Source of the DNA: the human T2T-CHM13v2.0 reference genome, Homo sapiens
Reading direction: 5' to 3' (one strand)
Length of the DNA stretch: 64,000 bases
Assembly (NCBI RefSeq): GCF_009914755.1
Contig: NC_060928.1
In this document: positions 15,064-34,122 of the stretch, piece after piece
Position numbering within the stretch: position 1 is the stretch's first letter
Layout: each line of letters starts with the position of its first letter
Program-made: the position numbers and the translations under genes
The notes under the pieces: generated by a model
What the model saw: the letters and a program-made list of their open reading frames with translations, nothing else
What the model was told of the DNA's origin: nothing
Databases searched by the model: none

Positions 15064-15566
15064 GTCTCTACTTATTTTTAACACTGATAAAATTGAGACA
15101 AAATGAAACGAGTTGCCTAACATCTCATTATATTACAAAAATTAAAAAGGAGGATTACAGCTCAGGTCCACCACTGGAAGTGCCAATGGGCTGCTTCTGT
15201 AACTTGGTTAGTCTTTTTGGTGCTTTATATCCCCTTACAGTTATTACTAATGTTATAATTTTCACTTATTGAAAACTATGTCATAGGCAGCATGACTATA
15301 TTATCTCATTTAATAACAACAACCTTTCAGGATAAGTATCATTGGACCCCATTTCATAAGTGAAAAAACTGATTCTAAATGAGATAAAACAGTTTACCCA
15401 AATTACATGCCCAGTAAATTAGGGTTTGAACTCAGGTTGCTGTGAACTCCAAAATCCATCTGTTTACCATAATTCTACACTGTTCTGTAAAATAAAAGGC
15501 TTGAACTAAAATGCCAATTTCTGAGATTCCTTGGGTCCCCAACAAGCTATATTTATAAGGTTTCCA

Positions 15567-15872
<306 letters not shown>

Positions 15873-17287
15873 TAAGGTTTCCATTATGCCATGGTCCTCA
15901 AACTTCACATGCACAAATTTGATTAACTTTCCAAAGGTCAGCAAAAGATAAGTGAATATCCCATGCTGCTATTTCTTTTATTAAACCTCTTTTTCTTTTT
16001 CACAAGTCCAGTGACAGCAATAAAAAGAATTAACAACAACAAAAAAATTACCAACAGCTTGTGGAATATAAATTAAACAATTTCTTCCCTTTTTTCTGTT
16101 TTTAATATCATGGTTTCAAAAGACATAAACTGAATTCATTGTAGCTACCAGAATACAATTTAATTTGTTAAAATAGATTCCTTGAAATATACAACATGAA
16201 AGTAGAATATTTATTCTATGAAATATAAGTAGTTTCTATATTGTCAGTAACTATTTAAAATGCCAATACATACTAATTGTCATTTTTTGATAAATTATTC
16301 TGAATTCTTAAAAATCAAACTGTTTTTACAAATTGTCATGTTTGAAGAAGACCAATGACATACACATAATAATAACCTGCTACAAATAGCTCTTTTAAGG
16401 TCTTTCAAGAAACTTCTGTACATGAAAATATGGTCATTTCAGTTCATTCCTGGCTCTTTATTCACCAGAATTACTCAACTCTGAATGAAATCTTAGAAGC
16501 TGCCTTGGGTTGGCATGTATGAAATGTCAAATGCAGTCTGCTAGAAACTAACAGGAAATATTCATCACCAAATAAAATAGAAAGAAGACAGCAAAATTTT
16601 TAAAAGGTGGCTGAATGTTGAATCATGGTGATACTTCAATCAAGTAGAAGGCATGCAATTAAGAGATGAGGGTGAAATGTGAACGCGCACCATTATCTTG
16701 TGACTAAACTTAGTTTCTTCGTGGCATGCACAGGAAGTTAAGCTTAATCACAGGATATGCAATAATAGTCACAGTATTCCAACAGAAATCCAATGACAAC
16801 AAAAAACCCAAACAATTTCAACTAATTTTAAACAGAAGGCAAGCTGAGTCATAGTTTTTCACAGCAGGGAATAATGGCTTCCATGAGGGGTGAGCTTAAT
16901 GAGCTCTGAAGGTAGGTTTTCTAATTAAATTATTCACAGAGGCTTCAATAGTCATCTTTCCTCTTGACTACCTTTTAAAACAATTACATCTTTAACAAAT
17001 GTACCAATTAATCTTCATCTCAATAGAAGCAAAAGCAGCTAAGTGCAAGATATGTGACAGAGTCCCTTGGTACTGGAAAGCAGCCCTTTGTTCATTCTTT
17101 CTTTCAAAATATAAGCACTTTCTGTGAGCTGGGCATGGATGCTGGAAACATGGCTGTGAGCATCCTCCCACACCCTGCCTGCATGGAGCTAGCCATCTAG
17201 CAGGGAAGGTGAAACTGAGCACACTCCAGCAGGGTGATAAAAACAGAGATTGAGAACTTTGGGAAAGTGCAACACCTAACCTGGGCT

Positions 17288-17672
17288 TGTCAGAGGCGTT
17301 TGAACCAGAGCAACTCCATCTTGAATAAGGACTGGGTAAAATAAGGCTAAGACCTGCTGGACTGCATTCCCAAATGGCTTGGGATTCTAAGTCACAGGAT
17401 GAGATAGGAGGTTAGCACAAGGTACAGATCATGAAGACCTTACTGCAAGCTGTTTTAGCTTGCAGTAAAGAAGCCGACCAAAACCCACCAAAACCAAGAT
17501 GGCAATGAAAGTGACCTCTGGTTGTCCTCACTGCTCATTATACACGAATTATAATGCATTAGCATGCTAAAAGACACTCCCACCAGCACCATGACAGTTT
17601 ACAAATGGCATGGCAACATCAGAAAGTTACCCTATATGGTCTACAAAGGAGAGGCACAAATAATCCACCCTT
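17288..17672 (+). mobile_element. MER41 (ERV1) LTR, 3'-truncated
   Basis: Starts TGTCAGAGGCGTTTGAACCAGAGCAACTCCATCTTGAATA, the MER41 5' terminus; similarity stops after taatccaccctt. Confidence 0.85.
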
Positions 17673-18601
17673 AAAAAACGGACTAGATAACAACGTATTA
17701 ACTGTTTAACCATCACATAAAATAGAGAGTATTTGAGTTTCATCTCAGTATAAACATTTTTTATTCCTACTCTCTATCAGCCCATTAATGATTAACACTA
17801 TAATCAACACAAACGTATTAATAATTTCCTCTTAGAAAACAGTAAAGCATAAGAAAGACTGTTTTTCATATAGATTTCTAATGCATAAATGGATTAACTC
17901 AGTATGAGGATTTTAAATCAATAACACAATTAGATTACTTAAAAACCAAACACATATCCCTTCTCTGCCACATTTTTCTGACTCTAAAGGATATACTTTG
18001 AGTTCCTATACATTAGTACATGATCCAGTACACAGATCAGCACTTGCTCCACTGGGGAACTCTAGGCTGGATTGATTACATCTGTGTGTTTTGGCTCAAA
18101 TTCAAGCCATGGAAAGTTAAGGATTAATTCATGTGTCAAGGAACTCTAGGACAAAGAGTTAGTGACAGTTTTATAGAAGCTCTTAGAAGCAAATGTATCT
18201 GCCTGCTTCACCCTTCTGTCACTCACCTCCATGAAGAAGGTTCATTTCAATCAGCATAATCTTATATGCAATGATTATACAGTGACTCCAGTATCTATCA
18301 CTTTGGTAGGTGACACCATTGTGTCTATATGCACATTTGTATGAAGCTTCAAAGCCTTGGAAAAACTTGATGTGTTGAAAATTATTATAGCTTATTTTCT
18401 CTTCATTGGTAAAAACCAATTGATTAAAAACCAGCTTGAGTTTTGGTTCAGCTGAAATAGGAATTTGCATTGCCCCTATTATTAACTATCTTAACTCCCA
18501 CAGATTTTGTTAAGATGTTTTGTACTATCTCCTTTGATACTCTAGAACTACAGAACAGTGTTGAAGTGTTACAACTCTGAGGAGAGAAGAATATACAGTA
18601 G

Positions 18602-18761
18602 TTCTTTTTTGTTGTTGTTTTTTTGGGACAGGGTCTCCCTGTGTAGCCCAGGTTGGAGTATAGTAGCATAATCACAGCTCACTACAACCTAGACTTCCTG
18701 GACCAAGTGACCCTCCCACCTGAGTAGCCAGGACTACAGGTGCATGCCACCATGCCCAGCT

Positions 18762-18800
<39 letters not shown>

Positions 18801-18917
18801 TGCGGAGATGAATTTTCACTATGTTGCCCAGGCTGGTCTCTAACTAGGCTCAAGCCATCCTCCTACCTCAGCCTCCCGAAATACTGGGATAACAGGCATA
18901 AGCCAATGTGCCTGGCC
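18602..18917 (-). mobile_element. Alu (AluJ) with expanded central A-tract (about 30 T at 18764-18794)
   Basis: Diverged reverse Alu. Confidence 0.9.
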
Positions 18918-19352
18918 TTTCCTTTTTCATTATAGTCAACCTGTAAAAAATATTCTATTTAAAGCATTTTCAATATAGTAAGATAAATAATTCTGTGTGT
19001 GTGTATGTGTGTGTATTGTGTGACAAAAGTAGAGAGCTCTATGGTGTTGCTTAATTTCTGTGTTCCATGATATCCAAAAACCTGGGAAACCACTTTGAAA
19101 GGCTCCAGGCCTAAGGAACAGAGTAAAGAGGAATCTTCAGGCTTCCTTCTAAATTTTTGCAGCCACAATTACCCTATTAATAAAGGAGACAGGAATTCCT
19201 ATTAAAAACCCCAAATAAAGGGATAACAAGCACACAGGTCTTGAATATTTCCCACAAGGAATAGCAAAGTTAGGAAGGCATTGAACAACTTGCACAAGGT
19301 TGAAACCTTGTGGACTAGAAGCACACCATCCCCTAATAAATGTCTTCGATAC

Positions 19353-20142
19353 TATTTAAAAATGTACCCAGGAGCCAGGCACAATGGCTCACACCTATAA
19401 TCCTAGCACTTTGGGAGGCCAAGGCAGGAGGATCGCTTGAGGCCAGAAGTTCAAGACCAGCCTGGGCAACCTAGCAAGACCCCATCTCTACAAAAAAATT
19501 TAAAAATTAGCTGGGCATGGTAGCACACACATGTAGTCCTAGCTACTTAAAAGGCTGAAACAAGAGGATCGCTTGAGTCCAGGAATTTGAGGCTACAATG
19601 AGCTATGATCATACCAGTTCACTTCAGCCTGGGTGACAGAGTGAGACCCTGTCTCTCCAAAAAAAAAAAAAAAAAAAGTATCCAGGATACATAGGGACAG
19701 AAATGACTGTCAAAAAGGAAGAAGTTCTTATACTCACAGATCCCTTGAAACAGGAGGCATGACATGCCAGGCAGGGCCACATGGGGAAGCACCAGCGTTG
19801 GTCAAGAGGCAGAGGGAACAAGGGAAAAACACAGGCTCATGCCCTTATTGTGGATTTTGTGGGAAGGAATGGCCAAGGCAGGGTAAGCAGGCTGAGGGGG
19901 CTTAGGATGTGCTGGTTTAAATCATTTCTGTGGGCTCTGGTTGTCCGGTACATGGCGCTGGGGTGATGAGGGCAGGGGAATATTGGCTGGGAGCATAAGA
20001 GCCCAGCAGAGGGAAGAGGGGTGAGTTCTGACTGATAAGTTTGCATATGAGAGGCTCATTCCCTGACTAGTTGTTTGCTATTTCTAGACTCCAGGTGCCA
20101 GAGCATCAAAGAAACAGAAAACAAGAAAATATTGTTAATACA
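19353..20142 (-). mobile_element. ERVL-type solo LTR (MER74-like), interrupted by an Alu
   Basis: Minus strand begins TGTATTAACAATATTTTCTTGTTTTCTG and ends ...gggtacatttttaaata; family name is from recall. Confidence 0.55.
19373..19677 (+). mobile_element. Alu (AluJ)
   Basis: Full dimer; degenerate TSD aaatgtacccagga / aaagtatccagga. Confidence 0.92.
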
Positions 20143-20414
20143 AATATTGATACTAATTAACTATGTCTTAGTCAAATAAGGCCTAGGAAAGTAGATAAAA
20201 TCAAATTGTGACACATGGGTAAGGTTCTTGAGGCTTGCCTCACCAAGAGAAGATACATATGATCCCCAACCAACAATCAGGCCCTCTATCTCCAACCCTA
20301 ACCCACCTTGCAATACTCCTTTTCTCACCATAAAAACTCTAACTTCCCTCTTACTTTTGTTTCTGATATTCACTCTCCTTAAGAACGTAATATAACCTAG
20401 AAAATTACTACAGA

Positions 20415-20443
20415 TGTGTGTGTGTGTGTGCGTGCGCGCACGC
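20415..20443. repeat. (TG)n/(CG)n alternating purine-pyrimidine microsatellite
   Basis: tgtgtgtgtgtgtgtgcgtgcgcgcacgc. Confidence 0.85.
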
Positions 20444-21179
20444 TTACATATTTGTGACAGTAAAAAAAAAAAAAAAGAGAAGACTCACTGCCTTTCTAGG
20501 GGGCACAGAGGACAATAATTCTAATAACACATTCCTAGAAGCTCTCCCATTCTTGAAGGTAAAATGCACTTGAGAGCCATGACCCACCAAAACATAAATG
20601 ATTAACAAAAATAATGATTGCACCATTCAATCAAATCACAAAGAATTAGCCAGGAAATAAAAAAGAAGAAAGATGAAGGAGTAAAAAATAGAAGAAAAGA
20701 CACAGGACTGAGCTTCAAGTACAATCTAGACCTGCAATAAACAAAGAAGGTTCTAGATACCACATTTTATCAATGCAAATGGTCTGAATAAGTAAATGAA
20801 CTAAAAGGCATCGTTGGAATGTGTTTTGTGAGATTGATTTACTGATAGCAGCTTTCTACAAAAAATAAAAATAAGTAGGTAAATCTTAAATCCCAAAGGG
20901 AAGTCACTATACAAGACTTTTGACTTATTTTTATCTCCTTTGAGTCTTACAAGCATATATGGTAGGCATTATTATAACCAAATTTTCAGATAAAGGGGCT
21001 AAGGTTCAGAAAGCATAAGCAACATTAACCCTTCAGTTCAAACAATATTTAACAGGTAGCTTCTTGTTTAAGCCACTTTGTCCAGTTTTTTTTAGGATAC
21101 TAAAGGGACATAACTACTAACTCTCCCCCAAAATCAAACCTGAAGGAACTAAAGAAGAAAACACCAAGACATGGAAAAG

Positions 21180-21865
<686 letters not shown>

Positions 21866-23101
21866 TACAAGACAAAAAGAAAAAAATATCTTCTCATTCC
21901 TAGAAGATATGCAGTCTTGCTATCAGTTTTGTCAAGTACCAAGATCAAAAGAATGAAAACACAAACCAACCAAGACTGCCATTAAATGAATAATCTAAAC
22001 CACGGTGTCCTAAAGATGTGGTTAGCAAGTTGATTTTCATAGGTCCACAGGTGAATATCTTTAGTTGTCATTAATCTGTATTTATTTTAATGTAAATCAC
22101 AAAAAATTTAACTAACAAATTAAATCCATGACTATTCAAGTATACAGACATTATTTTAGAATGAGGCTATAAGTAGGTACTGATCACTTAAGTTTAAAAA
22201 CAACCAAGCAAAATCTGTCTTTATAATAAAGTCCAAATAAGAAAAAAAAAAAAAACAACAAAAAACTTCATAATTTAATCCAAAAGTCATTAGTTGGTGC
22301 CTAGAAGGGAGTTGTCTTGATACAGCAGCAGAGTTCATGTAATGAGCAGGCTGGAAACATGTTAGCACAGAGTGTCGGAGCCTGAGAGGGGTGAGCGGGT
22401 ATCGTCTTGGGGAGGGTTGGTAGCCGAATACAAGGTGTTGGGATCCAAGCAGGAAGAGGAAGATGTCTGCACAAAGGGCCCAAGAGGGTGGGTGGGAGCA
22501 TCAGATTGCAACCAGATTGAGGGGACATCCACATGGGATGGAGGGTGGCAGCAGTCTGACCCAGGGTGGCAGAGCCAAAATGGAATGAGAAGGGTGTCTG
22601 TGTAGGGGTGGGCAGCTGCAGCCTGGCTCAGGATGTCAAAGGCCAAGTGGAGTGAGAAGGATACCCACACCAAGAGTATGATGCACTGTGGCAGTGGCAG
22701 CCCAGAGCAGGTGAGCAGACTGAGAAGGGTGAAGAGGACTCCAGTGCAGAAGCAGGCCAAACCAAAATATCAGAGCCTAAATGGTATGGAGTCTCCATGC
22801 AGAGCATGGGGCAGGATGCGTTTATGTTGGAGACCAGGAGTGATGGAGGCAGCATCCACATAGAGGAGGAGGAAAAGGCAGCAATGTTGACACTATATTG
22901 GTTAAATACAGGAGACTGAGCAAAGTAAGTAAATCTACTGAGGGATAAGAGGGTCAGGTTACTCAACTGTTCAAGAAGTAGTTACAAATATGCAAAGGGA
23001 AAAAACTTAAAATCAATCCTTGTGATGCTGGCTTAGAATTGGAAGTATTGCTGGGAACTCATAGTTCTCAATATACAGAGATTAGCATAGAAATAAAGAT
23101 C

Positions 23102-23470
<369 letters not shown>

Positions 23471-24875
23471 TTAGCTGTGTCCACTGTGAGGCCCTGGGAA
23501 CAGTGACACTCCAAAAGCAGCAAGCACACTGAGCCCAGATCTTGGTTTCTAAATACAATTCTCCACCAAAAAGAATCAGTGCTCTTAGAGAAATGACTGA
23601 TTCCAGGACTAGCTAGGATAGGTACAAGATGAATTTGAAATATACCAGAAAGTATTAAAATGCTCAAAGAACGATGGTTATATATCAAAAAGACACAGAA
23701 GTCAGGGGATCTCATTGACCAAATATGGGACAATATTAACATCAAAGCAAATAATAAAAAATGAGTTATAACCCATTGAATAAAATACGAATCTATTAGT
23801 TTATGCTAATATACACATAAAAAATACATATATACAAACATACATACATGCGGAGAACAGACAGCTTTATCTTACCAGAAAATATCAATTAAGAAATGTA
23901 AAGAAAATGATAGAATTGGAAAAATCACTATTATCAGCCATCACAGAAATAATTCAGTCAAGAAATATTGGGGGAGGAGCCAAGATGGCCGAATAGGAAC
24001 AGCTCCGGTCTACAGCTCCCAGCGTGAGTGACGCAGAAGACAGGTGATTTCTGCATTTCCATCTGAGGTACCAGGTTCATCTCACTAGGGAGTGCCAGAC
24101 AGTGGGCGCAGGTCAGTGGGTGCGCGCACCATGCGCGAGCCGAAGCAGGGCGAGGCATTGCCTCACTTGGGAAGCGCAAGGGGTCAGGGAGTTCCCTTTC
24201 CGAGTCAAAGAAAGGGGTGACGGACACACCTGGAAAATCGGGTCACTCCCACCCGAATATTGTGCTTTTCGGACCGGGTTAAAAAACGGCACACCACGAG
24301 ATTATATCCCTCACCTGGCTCAGAGGGTCCTACGCCCACAGAGTCTCACTGATTGCTAGCACAGCAGTCTGAGATCAAACTGCAAGGTGGCAGCCAGGCT
24401 GGGGAAGAGGCGCCCGCCATTGCCCAGGGCTGCTTAGGTAAACAAAGCAGCCTGGAAGCTCGAACTGGGTGGAGCCCACCACAGCTCAAGGAGGCCTGCC
24501 TGCCTCTGTAGGCTTCACCTCTGGGGGCAGGGCACAGACAAACAAAAAGACAGCAGTAACCTCTGCAGACTTAAATGTCCCTGTCTGACAGCTTTGAAGA
24601 GAGCAGTGGTTCTCCCAGCACGCAGCTGGAGATCTCAGAACGGGCAGACTGCCTCCTCAAGTGGGTCCCTGACCCCTGACCCCCGAGCAGCCTAACTGGG
24701 AGGCACCCCCCAGCAGGGGCACACTGACACCTCACACGGCAGGGTATTCCAACAGACCTGCAGCTGAGGGTCCTGTCTGTTAGAAGGAAAACTAACAAAC
24801 AGAAAGGACATCCACACCAAAAACCCATCTGTACATCACCATCATCAAAGACCAAAAGTAGATAAAACCACAAAG

Positions 24876-25892
24876 ATTGGAAAAAAACAGAACAGAAAAA
24901 GTAGAAACTCTAAAACGCAGAGCACCTCTCCTCCTCCAAAGGAACGCAGTTCCTCACCAGCAACGGAACAAAGCTGGATGGAGAATGACTTTGACGAGCT
25001 GAGAGAAGAAGGCTTCAGACGATCAAATTACTCTGAGCTACGGGAGGACACTCAAACCAAAGGCAAAGAAGTTGAAAACTTTGAAAAAAATTTAGAAGAA
25101 TGTATAACTAGAATAACCAATACAGAGAAGTGCTTAAAGGAGCTGATGCAGCTGAAAACCAAGGCTCGAGAACTACGTGAAGAATGCAGAAGCCTAGGGA
25201 GCTGATGCGATCAACTGGAAGAAAGGGTATCAGCGATGGAAGATGAAATGAATGAAATGAAGCGAGAAGGGAAGTTTAGAGAAAAAAGAATAAAAAGAAA
25301 CGAACAAAGCCTCCAAGAAATATGGGACTATGTGAAAAGACCAAATCTACGTCTGATTGCTGTACCTGAAAGTGATGGGGAGAATGGAACCAACTTGGAA
25401 AACACGCTGCAGGATATTATCCAGGAGAACTTCCCCAATCTCGCAAGGCAAGCCAACGTTCAGATTCAGGAAATACAGAGAACGCCACAAAGATACTCCT
25501 CAAGAAGAGCAACTCCAAGACACATAATTGTCAGATTCACCAAAGTTGAAATGAAGGAAAAAATGTTAAGGGCAGCCAGAGAGAAAGGTCGGGTTACCCT
25601 CAAAGGGAAGCCCATCAGACTAACAGCGTATCTCTCAGCAGAAACCCTACAAGCCAGAAGAGAGTGGGGGGCAATATTCAACATTCTTAAAGAAAAGAAT
25701 TTTCAACCCAGAATTTCACATCCAGCCAAACTAAGCTTCAGAAGTGAAGGACAAATAAAATACTTTACAGACAAGCAAATGCTGAGAGATTTTGTCACCA
25801 CCAGGCCTGCTTTACAAGAGCTCCTGAAGGAAGCGCTAAACATGGAAAGGAACAACCAGTACCAGCCGCTGCAAAATCATGCCAAAATGTAA
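24876..25892 (+). pseudogene. L1 ORF1, disrupted
   Basis: 1017 nt span equals 338 codons plus stop. Start codon is ATT (24876-24878) and there is a premature TGA at 25203-25205. Confidence 0.9.
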
Positions 25893-25928
25893 AGACCATC
25901 GAGACTAGGAAGAAACTGCATCAACTAA

Positions 25929-29784
<3,856 letters not shown>

Positions 29785-30152
29785 ACAATGAGATCACATG
29801 GACACAGGAAGGGGAATATCACACTCTGGGGACTGTGGTGGGGTGGGGGGAAGGGGGAGGGATAGCATTGGGAGATATACCTAATGCTAGATGACGAGTT
29901 AGTGGGTGCAGCGCACCAGCATGGCACATGTATACATATGTAACTAACCTGCACAATGTGCACATGTACCCTAAAACTTAAAGTATAAAAAAGAAAAAAA
30001 TTAATAGATGCTAAAGCAGTGGATTAAAATTTGACATGGAAGAGACTATTTACATAATCTCAAAATGCCTTCTTTATTCAAGTGATCAAAGCTAACATCA
30101 CCATAAGTGGACAAATTTAAATTATGTTCCACCTGATGGGATGCAATAAACA

Positions 30153-30480
30153 GGCAGGGCGCGATGGCTCACACCTGCAGTCCCAGCACTTTGGGAGGCC
30201 AAGGCAGGTGGATCACTTGAGGCCAGGAGTTCAAGACCGGCCTAGCCAACATAGCAAAACCCCATCTCTACTAAAAATACAAAAATCAGTCAGGCATGGT
30301 GGCAGATGCCTGTAATCCCAGTTACTCAATGACTGAGGCTCAAGAATTGCTGAAACCCAGGAGGCAGAGGTTGCCGTGAGCTGAGATCATGCCACTGCAT
30401 ACCAGCCTGGCGACAGAATGAGACTCCGTCTCAAAAAAAAAAAAAAAAACAACAACAAAAAAAAAAACAACAACAACAAC
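30153..30480 (+). mobile_element. Alu with A/(AAC)n tail
   Basis: Full dimer. Confidence 0.93.
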
Positions 30481-31730
30481 CCCAGCATCACTTCTGTGAT
30501 ATTCCTGCCAGAAATACATAACCTGAATCTAATTGTGAGGAAACATTAAACAAACATAAACTGAAGAACATTCTCCAAAATTACTGGTCTGTATTCTTCA
30601 AAACTTTTGAGATCATCAATGTTATGGGAAGACTGAAGACTAAGAGGGAATGACAAGTGAATGCAGCGTGTGCTTCTGACTGACATCCTTTCGCTTTTAC
30701 AAAGGATATTATTGAGACAAATGGTGGAACTTGTCTAATCTACAATATATATCTATACTCTAATGAGGGTAGTAATGTATCTGTTAATTTTTTATTATGA
30801 CTATGTTGGAAAATATCCCTTTGAGAGAAATAAATACTAAAATATTTGGGAGTGATGGGCATCATGTTAGCAAATTACTCTCAAATGTTTCAGGTGAGGG
30901 GAAAGTTTCTTACACTATTTCTGAAACTTTTTTGTATGTTTAGAATTATTAATAAATTTTTTATAAAGGAATCAATCAATTCAAAAAAAATACCAAGCAG
31001 CTAAAATATAAAAGTTGAGTATGTGAATGAGGTGCTCTCCAACTAAATTTGGAAATACTACTCTAAGTAAATGTAAAGAGGAAATGCAGCCATACCAAGC
31101 ATCTAAATGCTCACAACCCTTCTCCTAGGGTAAAAATTATGCGGGGTATTGTTAAAACAATTTAAATTAAAAATGCTCTGAGTAATCTCTTTATATAAAA
31201 CATAAGCTCTGAGGAACTGAGATTTCTTCCTTAGGGAACCTAATATATTTAAAGCACGGGGATCCCTGAAACAAAGAAAATTCTAAATAAGAGTAAAGCC
31301 AAATTCTAGATTGTATAAAGCCCTTAGAGACTCTTACATTGTACTCCTCATAGAAATAGGGTAATATAGTCATGGACTAGTGTTGGATAATACAGGTCTT
31401 GGCTATATTCTAAAACTCATTTTTCTCCTTTTACAATTAATATGGTTCATAAAACAATTACCAAAACTGAGCTCTAATATTGGAAAAGTCATCCCACAGA
31501 AAACAAAAACAGAAACAAAAGGTAAAGACAATCCTGATAGAAAAAGAAAGTGATATTATTCTATTTATCGAATGATGGCTTTCTATAAAGTACAAATATA
31601 AAGACTGCTTTTAGAGTAAAAGAAAAAAAGATAAATTCTGTAATCAGAAGCTGAGCTCAAAATCAATTTTGCTAGCTCTATCACCTTCAACAACGTAAAC
31701 TAACCTCTATAAACCCCAGTTTTCTCATTT

Positions 31731-32108
<378 letters not shown>

Positions 32109-32276
32109 TAAGCACATGAAAGTGTGCTCAGTATCCTTGAAGCCTGTGTATTTGGAGGAAAAGAAAAAAAGAGAGAAAATGTGCTCAGTATCATTAGCCA
32201 TGAGGGAAATGCAAATTCAAACCACAATGAGATACCACTTCACACTCAAAAGAAGGACTAAAATTTAAATGATGGG

Positions 32277-32694
32277 TGTATTAGTCTACTCCAGTTGCCA
32301 TAAAAAATTACCACAAACAGAGTGGCTTAAACAACAGAAATTTATTTCTCACAGTTCTGGAAACTAGAAGTCCAAGATCAAAGTTTTAGCAAGTCTGGTT
32401 TCTCCCAAGGCCCCTTTCTTTGGCTTGCAGATGGCCCACTTCTTGTGTGTTCACATGGTCATCCTCTGTGCATGCATGTGTATGGTGTCTCTGTGTGTGA
32501 CCAAAGTTAATCTTCTTGTAAAGACACCAGTCAGAATTGGATTAGGGCCTACCATAACAGCCTTATTTTACCTCTTAATTACCTCTTTAATTACCTCTTT
32601 AATGGGCTTATCTCAAAATACAGTCACACTCTGAGGTACAGGGCATTAAATCTTCAACATATGAACTTGGGAGGAGGATATTCAGTCCATAACA
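32277..32694 (-). mobile_element. MLT1 (MaLR) solo LTR inserted in an L1M ORF2 3' fragment (about 32180-33070)
   Basis: tgtattagtc...ggcttaaacaacagaaatttatttctcacagttctgga...cagtccataaca; 5-bp TSD atggg/atgga; L1 sequence resumes after it. Confidence 0.8.
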
Positions 32695-33149
32695 ATGGAA
32701 ATTATCAAATGTTGGCAAGAATGAGGATCAACCAGAACTCATATGTATTGCTGGTGGAAGTAAAATGACATGTATCAACCCATTTCTACTTAAATGAAAG
32801 AACAACCCATAAATTATATGGAAAGGAAAGAGAAGTCACAATATAGCACCCCCAAAACACTTGTTTAAGAATGTTCATACCAGTAAAAAACTGGACACAG
32901 CCTAGGTTTCCATCAACAGGAAAATGGTAAGGTAAATTGAGGTAGATTCATGCAACAAAATACTACTATGTAGCATTACAGATAAAAGCAATGTGGAAAA
33001 ATTTCAAAACCTTTATGCCTAGTGAAAGAATCCTGACACAAGAGTATACACTATATGATTCAATTTGTGCATTTCTCAATTTTATAAACATTATAAATTT
33101 TGCTTCAGTAAAAAAAATGCATAAACAGACTATTTAATAATCTGCCTTT

Positions 33150-33491
33150 CAGATTATCCAGATAGGTCCAATGTAATTACAACAGTCCTTATAGGAGGGA
33201 TACAAGAGGATACAGAATTGGAGGAAAAGGCAATGTGAAAACAGAAGTTCAGATTGAAATGATGTGGCTATAAGCAAAGGAATGCCAAGTCAGCCCCAAG
33301 AATCTAGAAGAGGCAAATAATAGATTCTGGAGTCCAGAATGAACCAGCCTTGCTGATACTTTGATTTTAGGGCTGTATGACTGATTTCAGACTTCTGACA
33401 TCCAGAACACTAAAATAATAATACATTTGTATTGTTTTAAGCCACTAAAAGTTTATGGTAATTTGGCATAGCAGCAATGAGAAACTCATAT
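33150..33491 (+). mobile_element. MLT1 (MaLR) LTR fragment
   Basis: ...acttctgacatccagaac...ttgttttaagccact...ggtaatttggcatagcagcaatgagaaact. Confidence 0.7.
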
Positions 33492-33740
33492 GCCCATCAC
33501 TGGCATCCCAGAAGAAGACAAGAAAGAGAAGGATACTTAAAAAGTACTGGAAGAAATAATAGCTGAAAACTTCTCACATTTGCAAGTCATAAACCTACAG
33601 ATGCAATACACTAAATAAACCCCAAACAGAATAAACCCAAGGAAATATACACCAACACACATTACAGTTCAGCTTCTGAAAACTAAAGGCCAAGGAAAAA
33701 TTCTGAAAGCACTAAGACAGAAATGATACCTTAACTATAA

Positions 33741-34122
<382 letters not shown>

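Noticed and set aside
22301-22966. Cluster of 76-132 aa ORFs
   Set aside because: They lie in a G-rich old L1MC-type 3'UTR and show no domain or splice support.
29828-29861. G-quadruplex-forming tract
   Set aside because: Real, but a standard feature of every young L1 3'UTR.
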